Assembly (NCBI GenBank): GCA_934661165.1
Contig: CAKUJB010000001.1
Coordinates: forward strand, 1,889-65,888
Direction: 5' to 3'
Source of the DNA: an uncultured Microbacteriaceae bacterium
Lineage (GTDB): Bacteria; Actinomycetota; Actinomycetes; Actinomycetales; Microbacteriaceae
Length of the DNA stretch: 64,000 nt
Below, one piece after another: positions 7,140 to 15,364 of the stretch. A program made the position numbers and the translations under genes. The notes under the pieces are model-generated. The model ran no database searches and had not been told where the DNA came from. It worked only from the letters and a program-made list of their open reading frames with translations. The stretch's first letter is position 1; every line of letters begins with the position of its first letter.

Positions 7140-7322
7140 TCGAACGTGCTCTTCAGTCTATTGGTGGGCGTAGACATCGGAGCTTGCCGGGCGACCAGCG
7201 ACCTGTCGAGGATCACGCTCGAAGAGCTGCGGCACACGCACGCGACCCTGCTGCGGGCACTCCAGGAGCACCTCAAGGTGGTGGAGGAGCGCCTTGGTCA
7301 CCCAGTATCACCACCAAGATGA
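7140..7322 (+). pseudogene. tyrosine recombinase (phage-type integrase) C-terminal remnant
   Basis: Own translation of the stop-to-stop frame gives ...DLSRITLEELRHTHATLLRALQEHLKVVEERLGHPVSPPR*. The LRHTHAT and ERLGH boxes of tyrosine integrases are present. There is no start codon, no N-terminal or core domain, and the ORF ends before the catalytic Tyr. Confidence 0.7.
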
Positions 7323-7474
7323 ATATCTAGAGGTAGGTCGCACCGACAGTGCAGAAGCAGCCTGCCAGCTGCCTCGTCGCACTCGTCGCCAGCGGATAAA
7401 GTCCCGCGTCCGAGACCGAATCCGTCCATGAGCGGAGCGTTGCGCAAACCGACGAGCGCATGAAACCGAAATCG

Positions 7475-7508
7475 CTCCTGATCTAGGACCGAAATCCCAG
7501 ATCAGGAG
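7475..7508. repeat. 10-bp perfect inverted repeat next to attR
   Basis: CTCCTGATCT (7475-7484) and AGATCAGGAG (7499-7508) with a 14-nt loop, 7 nt from the attR core. It lies downstream of the tRNA 3' end on the minus strand. Confidence 0.6.
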
Positions 7509-7514
7509 CCATTC

Positions 7515-7543
7515 CACCACTGTGCGCGAGGGGGGACTTGAAC
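7515..7543. repeat. attR: 29-bp direct repeat overlapping the 3' end of tRNA-Leu
   Basis: Identical to 1127-1155. It covers the last 21 nt of the tRNA (7523-7543) plus 8 nt downstream. Confidence 0.9.
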
Positions 7544-7605
7544 CCCCACGCCCTTTCGGGCACTAGCACCTCAAGCTAGCGCGTCTGCCATTCCGCCACC
7601 CGCGC
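7523..7605 (-). tRNA. tRNA-Leu (anticodon GAG)
   Basis: Manual cloverleaf: acceptor GCGCGGG/CTCGCGC (one G-U), anticodon stem CTAGC/GCTAG with loop TTGAGGT, long variable arm TGCCCGAAAGGGCGT, T-arm GGGGG-TTCAAGT-CCCCC, discriminator A. CCA is not encoded. Confidence 0.9.
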
Positions 7606-7645
7606 GCAGGCTCCGTTGTGGGGAGCACGAGGATCAATGCTAGCA

Positions 7646-8326
7646 CTACGCGGCGCTCGCCTGCGCCGTCACGAGGATCGGCGAATGATCGCTGCGACCC
7701 CGCCGGAGCGTCTGCACGTCGAGCACCTCGATGCCGCTCGCCGTGACGAAATCGAAGTGGCCCTTGACGATCTTCATAGCCTGGTACGTCCGCTTGTCGC
7801 TGAGCGTCAGGTCGATGCCGCTCCGGCCGAGACGCGCGCCGAGCCGGTTGTGGAACAGCGGGTAGTTGTAGTCGCCGACCATGAGCACGGGCGCTCCCCT
7901 GCCGAGCTGCGAGAGGCGATCGTGGGCGGTCTGGATCTGCAGCCGGCGCAGCGCCGAGCGCGCGGTCGGCGGTGCCGCGTGGAACGAGGCGATGACGAGC
8001 TCCCGGCGGGTGTCCCGCTCCCGCACATGCACGCCGACGAGCCGCTCCCGGGTGCGGTCGAAGACGGCGTCGTGGAGCGACTTTTTGAGCTCGAATGTCG
8101 CGCTCCGGAGCTGCTCGAACCGCTCGTCGCGCACATAGACGGCGAGGGCGAGCGTGTTGCGTCCGGTGTGCTCGGCGAGCCGCAGTCCGCCGATGCGCGC
8201 GGGCAGGCCGACCCGATACGCCTCCTGGACGCAAAGCGCGTCGAGGTCGGGCTCGTTCGCGACGAGCCCGGCGAGTTCCTCTTCGGCGCGGCTGTGGTAG
8301 AGGTTGTAGCTGATCACCCGGATCAC
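7646..8326 (-). CDS. endonuclease/exonuclease/phosphatase (EEP) family protein
   Basis: 226-aa ORF with MIRVISYNLYH..., LMVGDYNYP and RGRSDHSPILV, the EEP-fold catalytic motifs. Confidence 0.8.
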   Translation of the reverse strand: MIRVISYNLYHSRAEEELAGLVANEPDLDALCVQEAYRVGLPARIGGLRLAEHTGRNTLALAVYVRDERFEQLRSATFELKKSLHDAVFDRTRERLVGVHVRERDTRRELVIASFHAAPPTARSALRRLQIQTAHDRLSQLGRGAPVLMVGDYNYPLFHNRLGARLGRSGIDLTLSDKRTYQAMKIVKGHFDFVTASGIEVLDVQTLRRGRSDHSPILVTAQASAA

Positions 8327-8383
8327 GTGCGGCAGAGTACTGCGTTCATGTTGCGGTCATGTGACACGCGTACTGTGCCGGGT

Positions 8384-8872
8384 ATGCAGGACCTGCTCTC
8401 GACCCCTGTCACGACGATCACCGGCGAGTCGACGACGCTCGAGGAGCACGCCGACAAGGTGCTCCTCATCGTCAACGTCGCCTCGCGCTGCGGCAACACC
8501 CCGCAGTACGAAGCGCTCGAGGCGCTGCAGCGCCGCTATCAGGAGCGAGGCTTCACCGTGCTCGGGTTCCCCTGCAACCAGTTCATGGGCCAGGAGCCCG
8601 GCAGCAACGAGAAGATCCTCGACTACTGCACGACGACCTGGGGCGTGACATTCCCGATGTACGCGAAGCTCAAGGTGAACGGGCCCCGCGTCCACCCGCT
8701 CTACGAGCGGCTGCGGACCGTGCCCGACGCCGCCGGCGCGGCGGGACGCGTCGAGTGGAACTTCGAGAAGTTTCTCGTCACCCCCGACGGCGAGGTCCAT
8801 CGGTTCCGCCCGGGCGTGCTGCCGGAGGACCCGGCCATCGTCGGCCTCATCGAGCAGCACCTTCCCAGCTGA
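8384..8872 (+). CDS. glutathione peroxidase family protein
   Basis: Internal ATG at 8384 in ORF 7616..8872 gives MQDLLSTPVTTITGESTTLEEHADKVLLIVNVASRCGNTPQYEALE...LGFPCNQFMGQEPG...WNFEKFLV, the GPx signature. Confidence 0.9.
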   Translation: MQDLLSTPVTTITGESTTLEEHADKVLLIVNVASRCGNTPQYEALEALQRRYQERGFTVLGFPCNQFMGQEPGSNEKILDYCTTTWGVTFPMYAKLKVNGPRVHPLYERLRTVPDAAGAAGRVEWNFEKFLVTPDGEVHRFRPGVLPEDPAIVGLIEQHLPS

Positions 8873-8873
8873 C

Positions 8874-9566
8874 ATGCGACTCACGCTCATCCGCCACGGC
8901 CAGACCCCGTCGAATGTCCGCGGCCTCCTCGACACCGGCGCTCCGGGCCCCGGACTCACCGAGCTCGGCGGTCAGCAGGCCGCCTCGCTCCCGACACGGC
9001 TCGCCGGCACGACCATCGACGCGGTCTACGTCAGCACGCTCATTCGGACGCATCACACCGCGGCGCCCTTCGCGGCGACTCGCGCCGTCGACCGGGTCGA
9101 GCTCCCCGGCGTCCACGAGGTCGAGGCGGGCTCCCTCGAGATGCTCGGGGACCAGGACTCGGTGCGGCGCTACATGGAGACCGCTTTCAGCTGGGGCCTC
9201 GGCGACCTCGACACCGCGATGCCGGGCGGACCGAACGGGCACGACTTCTTCGGCCGCTTTGACGCCGACATCGAGCGCGTCGTGAACGAATCGACCCATC
9301 CCGTCGTCTTCAGCCACGGCGCCGCGATCCGCATCTGGGTCGCGGCTCGGGCGAGGAACATCGCGCCGGAGTTCACGGCCCACCACCACCTCCCGAACGC
9401 CGGCGTCGTCGAGCTCGAGGGCTCGCCGTCGGCGGGCTGGCGACTGCTGAGCTGGCCGGAGGCGGAGGTGCCGGCGGACGACGACGACCCGGTCGACGTC
9501 GAGCTCGACATCGTCGACGGCGAACCGACCGTCGATGGCGGGCGGAGCATCGGCGCCCCGGCCTGA
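8874..9566 (+). CDS. histidine phosphatase (phosphoglycerate mutase) family protein
   Basis: MRLTLIRHGQTPSN (RHG motif), then ...VFSHGAAIR. Confidence 0.85.
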   Translation: MRLTLIRHGQTPSNVRGLLDTGAPGPGLTELGGQQAASLPTRLAGTTIDAVYVSTLIRTHHTAAPFAATRAVDRVELPGVHEVEAGSLEMLGDQDSVRRYMETAFSWGLGDLDTAMPGGPNGHDFFGRFDADIERVVNESTHPVVFSHGAAIRIWVAARARNIAPEFTAHHHLPNAGVVELEGSPSAGWRLLSWPEAEVPADDDDPVDVELDIVDGEPTVDGGRSIGAPA

Positions 9567-9633
9567 ATCCGGTCGGTCGCCGGGATCGAGGCGAGCCGCG
9601 CATTCCTCTAAGAACGCGATCTAGACTTCCCGC

Positions 9634-9912
9634 ATGAGCCGCACGCTGACGAATGCTGCCGACGCCGGACGCTATGAGCTCCGGGAGGACGGCGAGCTCA
9701 TCGCCTCCGCCGAGTACACGGTCAGCGGTGACTCGGTCGCCATCACGCGCGTGTTCACGCGGCCGACGCACCGCGGCCAGGGCATCGCCGCCGACATCAC
9801 GGAGTTCGCGGTCGACCAGATCGTCGCGGACGGCCGCAAGGTCGTCCCGGTGTGCTGGTACGCGGCGGGCTGGTTCGAGCGGCACCCCGAGCGCGCCGAC
9901 GCCCTCGCCTGA
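9634..9912 (+). CDS. GNAT-family N-acetyltransferase, small YjdJ-like
   Basis: 92 aa with ...TRVFTRPTHRGQGIAADITEFAV...VPVCWY, the single-domain GNAT_acetyltran-type pattern. Confidence 0.75.
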   Translation: MSRTLTNAADAGRYELREDGELIASAEYTVSGDSVAITRVFTRPTHRGQGIAADITEFAVDQIVADGRKVVPVCWYAAGWFERHPERADALA

Positions 9913-10410
9913 TCAGGCGAACCAGGCGGGGTTGAGCACGAGCCGGGGCCGGCGACCCGCCGCCTCGAGGATCGCGGCGACCGCCGAGCGCACGGGCTGA
10001 TTGGCGACGGCCACGAGCTCGAGGTGGTCGGGGTCAGAGCCGCTGCCGACGAGGACGACGAGCTCGGCGCCCCGCTCGGCGCCGCGGGCGTCGTCCCATC
10101 GGATCGGGTCGAAGGCGCCCCCCTCGCCGAGCTCGGCCCGCCACCCGGACTCGTCGGTGAGCGGTCCGGCGGACAGCAGGTCCTCGAGTCGATCGCGGTG
10201 GACGACGAGATAGCGGCGGGACGAGGTCGTGCGCACCGCGAGTCCGTGGCTCGGCTTGCCGGGACGACTCGTCGGGGCGACCGCAGTCCGTGTGCGCGGC
10301 GCGGCCCGCCGGGGCGCCGGCTCCGGGGCGCGGCGCGGGGCGCAGACGTCGCACGCGCCCGCCTCGAGGCCGTGGATGCATTCCGTGCTCACGGCTCTAT
10401 TGTCCGTCAT
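9913..10410 (-). CDS. hypothetical protein with N-terminal Cys/His cluster
   Basis: ATG at 10410 gives MTDNRAVSTECIHGLEAGACDVCAP..., then a Pro/Arg-rich linker and a ~90-aa C-terminal domain. It overlaps the dinB stop by 14 nt, so it is probably co-transcribed. No family recognised. Confidence 0.55.
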   Translation of the reverse strand: MTDNRAVSTECIHGLEAGACDVCAPRRAPEPAPRRAAPRTRTAVAPTSRPGKPSHGLAVRTTSSRRYLVVHRDRLEDLLSAGPLTDESGWRAELGEGGAFDPIRWDDARGAERGAELVVLVGSGSDPDHLELVAVANQPVRSAVAAILEAAGRRPRLVLNPAWFA

Positions 10411-11632
10411 CCTCGCCGGGCAGCAGCCGTGCGGGCCGCAGCGCCTCCCGACCGAATCGGGCACGCGCGGCGTCGACCGCCGCGTCCGCATCCGCCCACG
10501 GGTCCTCGTCCTCCCAGAGCACGGGGGCGCCGGCGGCCGACTCGAGCCGCTCCGCGCGCACGCCGATGAGCCGGATGCGCTGCGGCAGGACGCCGCCGTG
10601 GTCGCGCAGCGCAGTGTACAGGCCGAGCGCGGCGTCGTGGATGTCGCGTCCGCCCGAGGCGGCCCGCTCGAGCGTCGTCGAGCGCGTGACGATGCTGAGG
10701 TCCGCCCACCGCACCTTGAGGCTCACCCCGCGCGCCCTCGTGCCCGCTCGCCGGAGGCGGGCCGCGACGTCGTCCGCGAGGCCGAGGAGCTCCCGCCGCA
10801 GGACGACGTCGTCGTCGACGTCGGTCACGAAGGTCCGCTCCCGGCCGATCGACTTCTCCGGCCGCTCGGTGAGGACCGGTCGCGGGTCGCAGCCGTTCGC
10901 GAGCTCATGGAGTCGCGTCGCGAGCGCGGTGCCGAGCGCGCGCTCGAGCGAGGCGACCGGCGTGTCCGCGAGGTCGCCGATCGTCGAGATCGCCCGCGCC
11001 CGGAGCAGCTCCGCGGTCCGACCGCCGACGCCCCAGAGCGCGCCGACCGGCATGGGTCGGAGGAATGCGAGGGTCGCCTCAACCGGCACGACGAGCAGCC
11101 CGTCGGGCTTGGCCCGCGACGAGGCCAGCTTCGCGACGAACTTCGTCCCCGCCGCGCCGACGGAGCACACGAGCCCCGTCGCCTCGCGGACGCGTTCGCG
11201 CAGCAGCGTCGCGGCGACCTTCGGGCTGCCGATCGCGAGTCGCGCGCCGCTCACGTCGAGGAACCCCTCGTCGATCCCGACCTCCTCGACGAGCGGCGTG
11301 ATCGTCCGGCAGACCTCGAAGAACACGCGGGACCAGTGCCGGTACCGGTCGAAGTGCGGCTCGACGACGACCGCGGTCGGGCAGCGCCGGAGCGCGGTCG
11401 CCATCGGCATGGCCGAGTTCACGCCGAATGCGCGGGCCTCGTACGTCGCCGCCGTCACGACCGACCGCGGCGAGCGATGGCCGACGATGACTGGCCGCCC
11501 GCGCAGCTCCGGGCGGTCGAGGAGTTCGACGGAGGCGAAGAACGCATCGAGGTCGGCATGGAGCACGACGGCGCCGCGGTCGTCGGCGTCCGGGGCGCTG
11601 ACGAGCCGGTCGCTGCCGTCCTGCTTGCTCAT
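10397..11632 (-). CDS. dinB: DNA polymerase IV
   Basis: 411 aa with VLHADLDAFFASVELLDRPELRGRPVIVG...GIDEGFLDV...SVGAAGTKFVAKLAS, the Y-family polymerase motifs. Confidence 0.93.
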   Translation of the reverse strand: MSKQDGSDRLVSAPDADDRGAVVLHADLDAFFASVELLDRPELRGRPVIVGHRSPRSVVTAATYEARAFGVNSAMPMATALRRCPTAVVVEPHFDRYRHWSRVFFEVCRTITPLVEEVGIDEGFLDVSGARLAIGSPKVAATLLRERVREATGLVCSVGAAGTKFVAKLASSRAKPDGLLVVPVEATLAFLRPMPVGALWGVGGRTAELLRARAISTIGDLADTPVASLERALGTALATRLHELANGCDPRPVLTERPEKSIGRERTFVTDVDDDVVLRRELLGLADDVAARLRRAGTRARGVSLKVRWADLSIVTRSTTLERAASGGRDIHDAALGLYTALRDHGGVLPQRIRLIGVRAERLESAAGAPVLWEDEDPWADADAAVDAARARFGREALRPARLLPGEDDGQ

Positions 11633-11652
11633 CCCAGCGCCATACTAGAGAC

Positions 11653-12426
11653 ATGCCGGCGCAGCACCCGTGGTCCCGCTATGTCGCGATCGGCGACTCG
11701 TTCGCGGAGGGCATCGGCGATCCCGAGCCCGAGGCCCAGGGCGGCTACCGCGGCTGGGCCGATCGTGTCGCGGAGGTGCTCAGCGCGCAGCACCCCGACT
11801 TCGCGTACGCGAACCTCGCCGTGCGGGGCAAGCTGCTGCGGGGCATCCGCGAGGAGCAGGCGGAGGCGGCGCTCGCGCTGCAGCCGGATCTCATCATCGT
11901 CTCGGCAGGCGGCAACGACATCCTGCGGCCCGGGACCGACCCCGACGAGGTCGCGGGGCGTCTCGATGAGCTGCTCGGCCTGCTCGGCCGCGACGGCGCG
12001 ACGATCGCGATCTTCACGGGCCCCGACATCGGGATGCGGCCGGTGATGCGGGCGATCCGCGGCAAGGTCGCGATCTTCAACCAGCACGTCTACGCGATCG
12101 CGCGGCGGCACGACGCGATCGTCATCGATCTCTGGGCCCTGCGGGAGCTCGCCGACGCGCGCATGTGGTCCGACGACCGGCTGCACTTCTCACCGCTCGG
12201 TCATCACACGATCGCGATCCACGTCCTCGAGTCGCTCGGCGTCGCGCACGACCTCGAGCCGATGGCGCCGCCGCCGCTGCCGCCGCAGTCCTGGCGTCAG
12301 GCGCGGGTCGGAGACCTGGTGTGGGCGCGCGAGCACCTCATGCCGTGGGTGGTGCGCCGACTCCGCGGCCGTTCCTCCGGCGACGGTCGTCCACCGAAGC
12401 GGCCGGAGCTGCACCCGCTGCGCTGA
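11653..12426 (+). CDS. SGNH/GDSL hydrolase family protein
   Basis: YVAIGDSFAEGIGD (block I Ser), SAGGNDI (block III) and DRLHFSPLGH (block V). Confidence 0.85.
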   Translation: MPAQHPWSRYVAIGDSFAEGIGDPEPEAQGGYRGWADRVAEVLSAQHPDFAYANLAVRGKLLRGIREEQAEAALALQPDLIIVSAGGNDILRPGTDPDEVAGRLDELLGLLGRDGATIAIFTGPDIGMRPVMRAIRGKVAIFNQHVYAIARRHDAIVIDLWALRELADARMWSDDRLHFSPLGHHTIAIHVLESLGVAHDLEPMAPPPLPPQSWRQARVGDLVWAREHLMPWVVRRLRGRSSGDGRPPKRPELHPLR

Positions 12427-12457
12427 GCCGGCCGCGGGCCCGCGCGAGTCGCGAAAC

Positions 12458-13324
12458 ATGCTCGCAACGGAGGCGATCTACGCTGACGGCATGCGCACCG
12501 CGACCCTCGGCCCCGCGGCGGTGTCCACCGCGGCGGAGCTGCTGCGCGGACGGCGTGTCGCGGTGCTCACCGGGGCGGGCATCAGCACCGACTCCGGCAT
12601 CCCGGACTACCGTGGCCGCGGGGCCCCCGTGCGCACGCCGATGTCGTTCCAGCAGTTCCGCGGCGACCCCGATGCGCGGCGGCGCTATTGGGCCGGTTCG
12701 CACCTCGGCTGGCGACGCTTCCACGCCGCGACGCCGAACGAGGGGCACCTCGCGATCACCGACCTCGAGCGCGCCGGGCTCGTCGCCGGCGTCGTCACGC
12801 AGAACGTCGACGATCTCCACCTGCGCGCGGGGACCCGCCACGTCGTCGAGCTCCACGGCAGCATGCACACCGTCAGCTGCCTGCAGTGCGGGCAGACCTT
12901 CGCCCGGCAGGCGATCGCGGAGCGACTCGCGCGCCTGAATCCGTGGCTCGATGATCTCGTCCGGCGTGAGCTCGCCCCGGACGGCGACGTCGACATCGCG
13001 GAGTTCGGGGCGACGGTCGTCCCGGACTGCAGCATCTGCGGCGGGATGCTCAAGCCGGACGTCGTCTTCTTCGGCGAGTACGTGCCGCCGACGACCTTCG
13101 ATGCGGCAGCCGCGCTCGTCCGAGGCGCCGACGCGCTCCTCGTCGCCGGCTCGTCGCTCGTGGTCAACAGCGGCATCCGCATCGTGGAGCTCGCTCGCCG
13201 CCGCCGCGCGCCGATCGTCATCGTCAACCGCGGCGAGACCAAGGCCGACGACCGCGCCTCAGTGCGCCTCGAGGGCGGCACGACGGAGATCCTCACGGCG
13301 CTGCGCGATCAGCTGCTGCCCTGA
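12458..13324 (+). CDS. cobB: NAD-dependent protein deacylase, Sir2 family
   Basis: GAGISTDSGIPDYRG, TQNVDDLH, and Zn-binding CLQCG...CSICGG. The alternative start at 12491 cannot be excluded. Confidence 0.88.
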   Translation: MLATEAIYADGMRTATLGPAAVSTAAELLRGRRVAVLTGAGISTDSGIPDYRGRGAPVRTPMSFQQFRGDPDARRRYWAGSHLGWRRFHAATPNEGHLAITDLERAGLVAGVVTQNVDDLHLRAGTRHVVELHGSMHTVSCLQCGQTFARQAIAERLARLNPWLDDLVRRELAPDGDVDIAEFGATVVPDCSICGGMLKPDVVFFGEYVPPTTFDAAAALVRGADALLVAGSSLVVNSGIRIVELARRRRAPIVIVNRGETKADDRASVRLEGGTTEILTALRDQLLP

Positions 13325-14097
13325 GGCCCCCGCATCCGCCGGATCGTGCGCACCGTGAGCTGCGCGGCGACGATGAGTAGGAATGCGCCGAAGAGGATCG
13401 CGCCCGTCCGCGGGTCGATCCAGGTCGCCGCGTGCATGCCGAGCACGGCCACCCCGGCGCCGACGATGCCGATCGTGAGACCGGCGACGAGGTCGGCGTT
13501 GCGTCGCCGGAGATTGAGGATCGAGGTGGTCACCGCATTCGGCATGAGCGCGACGAGGGAGCCGCCCTTCGCGGCGAGGTCGCCGAATCCCGCGACGATG
13601 ATGAGCGCGGGCACGATGATGATCCCGCCGCCGACGCCGATCAGCCCGGAGAGCACGCCGGCCAGCAGGCCGAGCCCGAGCAGGAGCAGGAGGTCGAGCG
13701 GGCTGAGGAGCCGCGGCTCACCGCGGGTCGGCTCCTCGAGGAAGAGCTGCACGGCGACGACGAGCAGCGTCGCGATGAAGATCCACGAGATGATGGTCGA
13801 GGGCAGTCGGTGGAGCAGCGCGCTGCCGATGGCGCCGCCGACGACCGCGCCGATCGCGATGACGAGCGAGGCGGCCCAGTCGATGTGGCCGCCGGCGGCG
13901 TACGCGAGCATCCCGCCGACCGAGAGCGGTGCGACGGCGAGGAGCGAGGTGCCGGACGCGAGCTTCTGCGGCATGTGGAGCAGGAGCACGAGGCCGGGCA
14001 CGATGAGCACGCCGCCCCCGACGCCGAACAGTCCCGAGAGGAATCCGGCGACGGCGCCGATCCCGACGTAGGCGAGGAGACGCGGCAGGCTCGGCAC
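13309..14097 (-). CDS. sulfite exporter TauE/SafE family membrane protein
   Basis: 262 aa, about 8 hydrophobic segments, with repeated GxxxGxxGxGGG motifs (FLSGLFGVGGGVLIVP and LSGLIGVGGGIIIVP). Confidence 0.85.
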   Translation of the reverse strand: MPSLPRLLAYVGIGAVAGFLSGLFGVGGGVLIVPGLVLLLHMPQKLASGTSLLAVAPLSVGGMLAYAAGGHIDWAASLVIAIGAVVGGAIGSALLHRLPSTIISWIFIATLLVVAVQLFLEEPTRGEPRLLSPLDLLLLLGLGLLAGVLSGLIGVGGGIIIVPALIIVAGFGDLAAKGGSLVALMPNAVTTSILNLRRRNADLVAGLTIGIVGAGVAVLGMHAATWIDPRTGAILFGAFLLIVAAQLTVRTIRRMRGPQGSS

Positions 14098-14180
14098 CCC
14101 GCCACGCTACCGGTCCCGACGGCACGTCTCGCGCGCGGCGGCCGGAGTTCACCGGATCGCCGCACTAGGCTGGTCGGGCC

Positions 14181-15359
14181 ATGGCGCCACTCACGATCCT
14201 GCTCGGCTGCGACACCTTCACCCCGAACGTCAACGGGGCCGCACGATTCGCCGAGCGACTCGCCGCGGGCCTCGTCCAGCGCGGCCACGACGTGCACATC
14301 GTCGCGCCCTCGACGGGCTTCGGCAGGTCGGGCACATTCACGGAGGTGGTCGAGGGCCAGCCGATGACCGTCCACCGCTGGCCTAGTCTGCGCTGGCTCC
14401 CGCACGAGTGGGTGCGCTACACCTGGCCACAGGTCGCCGCCGTGCTCGCGGGACGCACGCTCGACCGGGTGAAGCCGGACGCCGTGCACGTCAACTCGCA
14501 CATCATGGGCGGCCGCTACCTCATCCATGCCGCGACGAAGCGCGGCATCCGGCTCGTCGCGACGAACCACGTCATGTCGGAGAACATCAGCGAGCACACG
14601 ACGCTGCCGCAGTTCCTCAACCGCGCATTCCTCAAGTGGGCCTGGTGGGACATCGACCGGCTGCTCGGGAAAGCTCGCTGGGTCACGACCCCGACGCGGC
14701 GCGCCGCCGACTACCTGGAGCAGAACACTTCGATCCGCGACGTGCTCGCGATCTCCTGCGGCATCGACGCCTCGCGGTACGAGCCGGACTTCACGCCGCG
14801 CGACGAGCACCGCCTGCTCTTCGTGGGCCGACTCGTCGAGGAGAAGCACGTCGAGGTGCTCATCCGCGCGCTCACACTGCTGCCGAAGGATCTCCCGGTC
14901 GCGCTCGACATCGCCGGATCCGGGGAGCACCGCCGCCATCTCGAGCAGTTCGCCGCGGATCTCGGGGTCGCCGATCGCGTCGTCTTCCACGGCGCGGTGA
15001 CCGACGAGGGGCTGCGGCGCCTCTACTCGAGGGCGAGCCTGTTCGCGATCGCCTCCATCGCGGAGCTGCAGTCGATCGCGACGCTCGAGGCGATGAGCTC
15101 CGGGCTGCCGATCGTCGCGGCGGACGCGATGGCGCTGCCGCACCTCGTCCAGGAGGGCGTCAACGGCTATCTCTTCACCCCCGACGACGCGCGGGCCGCC
15201 GCGGAGCGCATCGAGACGATCCTCCGGCTCCCGCACGAGGAGCGCGTCGCGATGCAGCAGGCCTCGGTCGACGGGGTCCGCATCCACTCGCTCGACCACA
15301 CGCTCGACGTCTTCGAGTCGCTGTATCGGGGCGAGCTCGACCGCGACGCGCGGGACTGA
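14181..15359 (+). CDS. glycosyltransferase family 4
   Basis: 392 aa with N-terminal NGAARF and a C-terminal GT-B motif LFAIASIAELQSIATLEAMSSGLPIVAAD. Confidence 0.85.
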   Translation: MAPLTILLGCDTFTPNVNGAARFAERLAAGLVQRGHDVHIVAPSTGFGRSGTFTEVVEGQPMTVHRWPSLRWLPHEWVRYTWPQVAAVLAGRTLDRVKPDAVHVNSHIMGGRYLIHAATKRGIRLVATNHVMSENISEHTTLPQFLNRAFLKWAWWDIDRLLGKARWVTTPTRRAADYLEQNTSIRDVLAISCGIDASRYEPDFTPRDEHRLLFVGRLVEEKHVEVLIRALTLLPKDLPVALDIAGSGEHRRHLEQFAADLGVADRVVFHGAVTDEGLRRLYSRASLFAIASIAELQSIATLEAMSSGLPIVAADAMALPHLVQEGVNGYLFTPDDARAAAERIETILRLPHEERVAMQQASVDGVRIHSLDHTLDVFESLYRGELDRDARD

Positions 15360-15364
15360 GCGGA

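Larger units (their letters stand above)
1127..7543. mobile_element. tRNA-Leu-associated genomic island (~6.4 kb) with decayed integrase
   Basis: Bounded by the 29-bp direct repeat, one copy of which overlaps the tRNA 3' end. An integrase C-terminal remnant lies next to the tRNA. Hand counts of single 60-nt lines give ~53-57% GC inside versus ~62-80% outside. All six ORFs are on one strand. Confidence 0.85.

Noticed and set aside
7308-7520. A 70-aa minus-strand ORF between the integrase remnant and attR.
   Set aside because: It is a short Arg/Trp/Ser-rich peptide with no RBS or motif. It overlaps the repeat cluster and the att core, so it is better explained as non-coding att-arm DNA.
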